DNA from: Callorhinchus milii
Lineage: Eukaryota
Direction: 5' to 3'
Length of the DNA: 64,000 nucleotides
NCBI RefSeq assembly: GCF_018977255.1
Contig: NW_024704743.1
Coordinates: forward strand, 77,564,001-77,628,000
Positions within the stretch are counted from its first letter, which is position 1. Every line of letters begins with the position of its first letter. Both the position numbers and the translations under genes were made by a program. The notes beneath the pieces are model-generated. The model ran no database searches, had not been told where the DNA came from, and saw nothing but the letters and a program-made list of their open reading frames with translations. Shown here piece by piece: positions 62,076-64,000 of the stretch.

Positions 62076-64000
62076 AACTGTTTGTCAACAGAACCATGTT
62101 ACATTGCCATTGAATCATATTACATTCCCCGCCTTGATTTTCTCCCTCTTTGGCAGAAAAAAGTAACTTCAAGAAAAACAAATAAAAAATGACTTTGATG
62201 GCCCTTATACATTAAGCAAAACATGGAAGTTAAGCTAAACAGAATCTCATTGAATTCCACCTACTGCTGGATACTTATGGAACATCAGTTATTGACTGAT
62301 GTTTTCCCTCAAATATGCATAATATGCCTGAACTGAAATCAATTTGGATTTGAAGTTCAATCCATCCGCAAACCCTAAGGATCATAATAATAATAATCCT
62401 GGTTATATATTCCATTGAGTCTTAGTTGCTGAATTATGCTACGCATGGGAATAAGTGTCTGTCTGTTAGATGTTTCTAAATCTTTCATTTGACCTTGCAT
62501 TTGAGTCAATGAAGGAAGGAATGAGGAAGGTAGTAGTGGTTTATCATTCTAAGTACAGCATCTCTGTTTTGGTTAAAAGCCTTAAGTATATTTTTCTTTC
62601 ATTTCTATCACTTTCTGAAGATATTTTGTCAGGTGTAAGCATATTGTACTTCGGCAACACTTCTAAAAGAGGCATCACATAATTCATTGTTTAGTCAAGT
62701 CTACAACACTGGAAGCCAACTATACAAATGGGTAACTCAAACAGGAAAAACAGGGCGAGTGAGTCAATACATTTCATATTCATTGTTACTATAGAGCAGA
62801 TTGGTTACACTCAATAAAACAGTAATATTTTTCAGAATCCTGTTAAAGTATAACTATCTGATAAGGGATCTGTTGGAGTTGCTTTTTCAGATTGCATCAG
62901 TAAATCTTGGTTGAATACATCAGATTTTTGAGTAGCTGGAAGATTGAATGTTATACTGGAATCCAGTTTTTTGTCCGATATCTTTTTAATTGATCTAACT
63001 ATTGGTTCTGAGATGCTGTAAAGAGACTGGAGGTTATTTAACTGTGAAACACCTACTTGTTTCTGTACTCATTTAACAGAAAAATGGTTGTTTTCAATGT
63101 TTTCCATGAAATTCAATGAGAAAAGCATCATTATTTACTATGCTAACTAGAGTGTGAGGTATGACCTCAGATAACTCCATTTTAGGTTTATTTATGCTTG
63201 GTTAAAATGCTGGAAGGGATATGACCTCCAGTAGCAGAGCAATTCGGAGAAGAGGAAGAAAGGTTTATATTTCCTTCTTCAAATTGCTCTCACTGGATCC
63301 AAGGAGAGCTTTTCACATGGGGAACTAAAGGCTTGCAGAGGCTTCTCCTTGCCTGCATTATTAAGAGAGAGACCTGTGTGACCGATTCAATAACAATACA
63401 AAATGGTCCCTTGAAAGTTTTTGGGCCAATCAATCCTGGACCTAGAAGAGACTATTTTTGAACCAAGTCCGGAAGTATCTGAGTTGCCTGCCTTCACATT
63501 GTAATTGATATCCAGCTCAATCCATGCTGTCAAGGAAAGCTTGAAGCAGAGGACTTCAAGGTCATAAGGGCCACAGCTGATTTATTCTAGAGTTTATTCC
63601 ATAGCGATTTGGCACACTACACTTTTGTGGAAGCGAAATGAACACTGGCACAAGTTGTACTGATGCTGCTTGACCTGACCTAAAGTTGGGACAGGTGCTA
63701 TTTTTGGATGATTACTGTAAGCACTTACTTTGCCCGAATTTGTCATTGACACATCAGTCAGCTCTAGTGTGAACACCTTATGATGAAGGGTTTTCAGAAA
63801 ATGTGAAAAGGTCAGTGCTTGTTAACGTTTTCATACACACTAACAAGACGAAAGGTGGGTAATTGTGAATCGCAAGCTGTCAGCCACAAAAGCATTAATA
63901 TTGATTTCCAATGATGCCAAGAGACTTATAGAGCCAAGAGTAAAAGTTAGGCACCGAGGATTCTTCAGGCTCTTTAAGTACAAGTTTCACTCGTGGCATT

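Overview
This is AT-rich, CpG-depleted vertebrate DNA. It contains no recognisable protein-coding gene, RNA gene or intact autonomous element, and reads like a large intron or gene desert. The repeat content (tRNA-Ala-headed SINEs with L2-type tails and (ATT)n ends, Deu-domain SINEs, many L2 and CR1 LINE 3' ends) is typical of a cartilaginous fish, most likely a chimaera such as Callorhinchus milii (inference). The long ORFs in the track are either degenerate LINE reverse-transcriptase pieces or chance. The best-preserved elements are a 5'-truncated, frameshifted L2 (about 40895-42342), a CR1 3' end (53067-53522) and a young SINE with a 6-bp target-site duplication (34754-35127). Points worth a second look are an inverted pair of an unidentified old repeat (51.7-53.5 kb), a fossil PIF/Harbinger transposase (14.3-14.8 kb), a doubly invaded Deu-SINE with clean TSDs, two SINE subfamilies with different LINE-derived tails, a dispersed hairpin-rich repeat, several repeat-free enhancer-like blocks and a few weak exon candidates. 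I found no convincing novel biological system. Family names come from recalled motifs rather than database searches, and boundaries of old repeats are approximate (about +/-20 bp).
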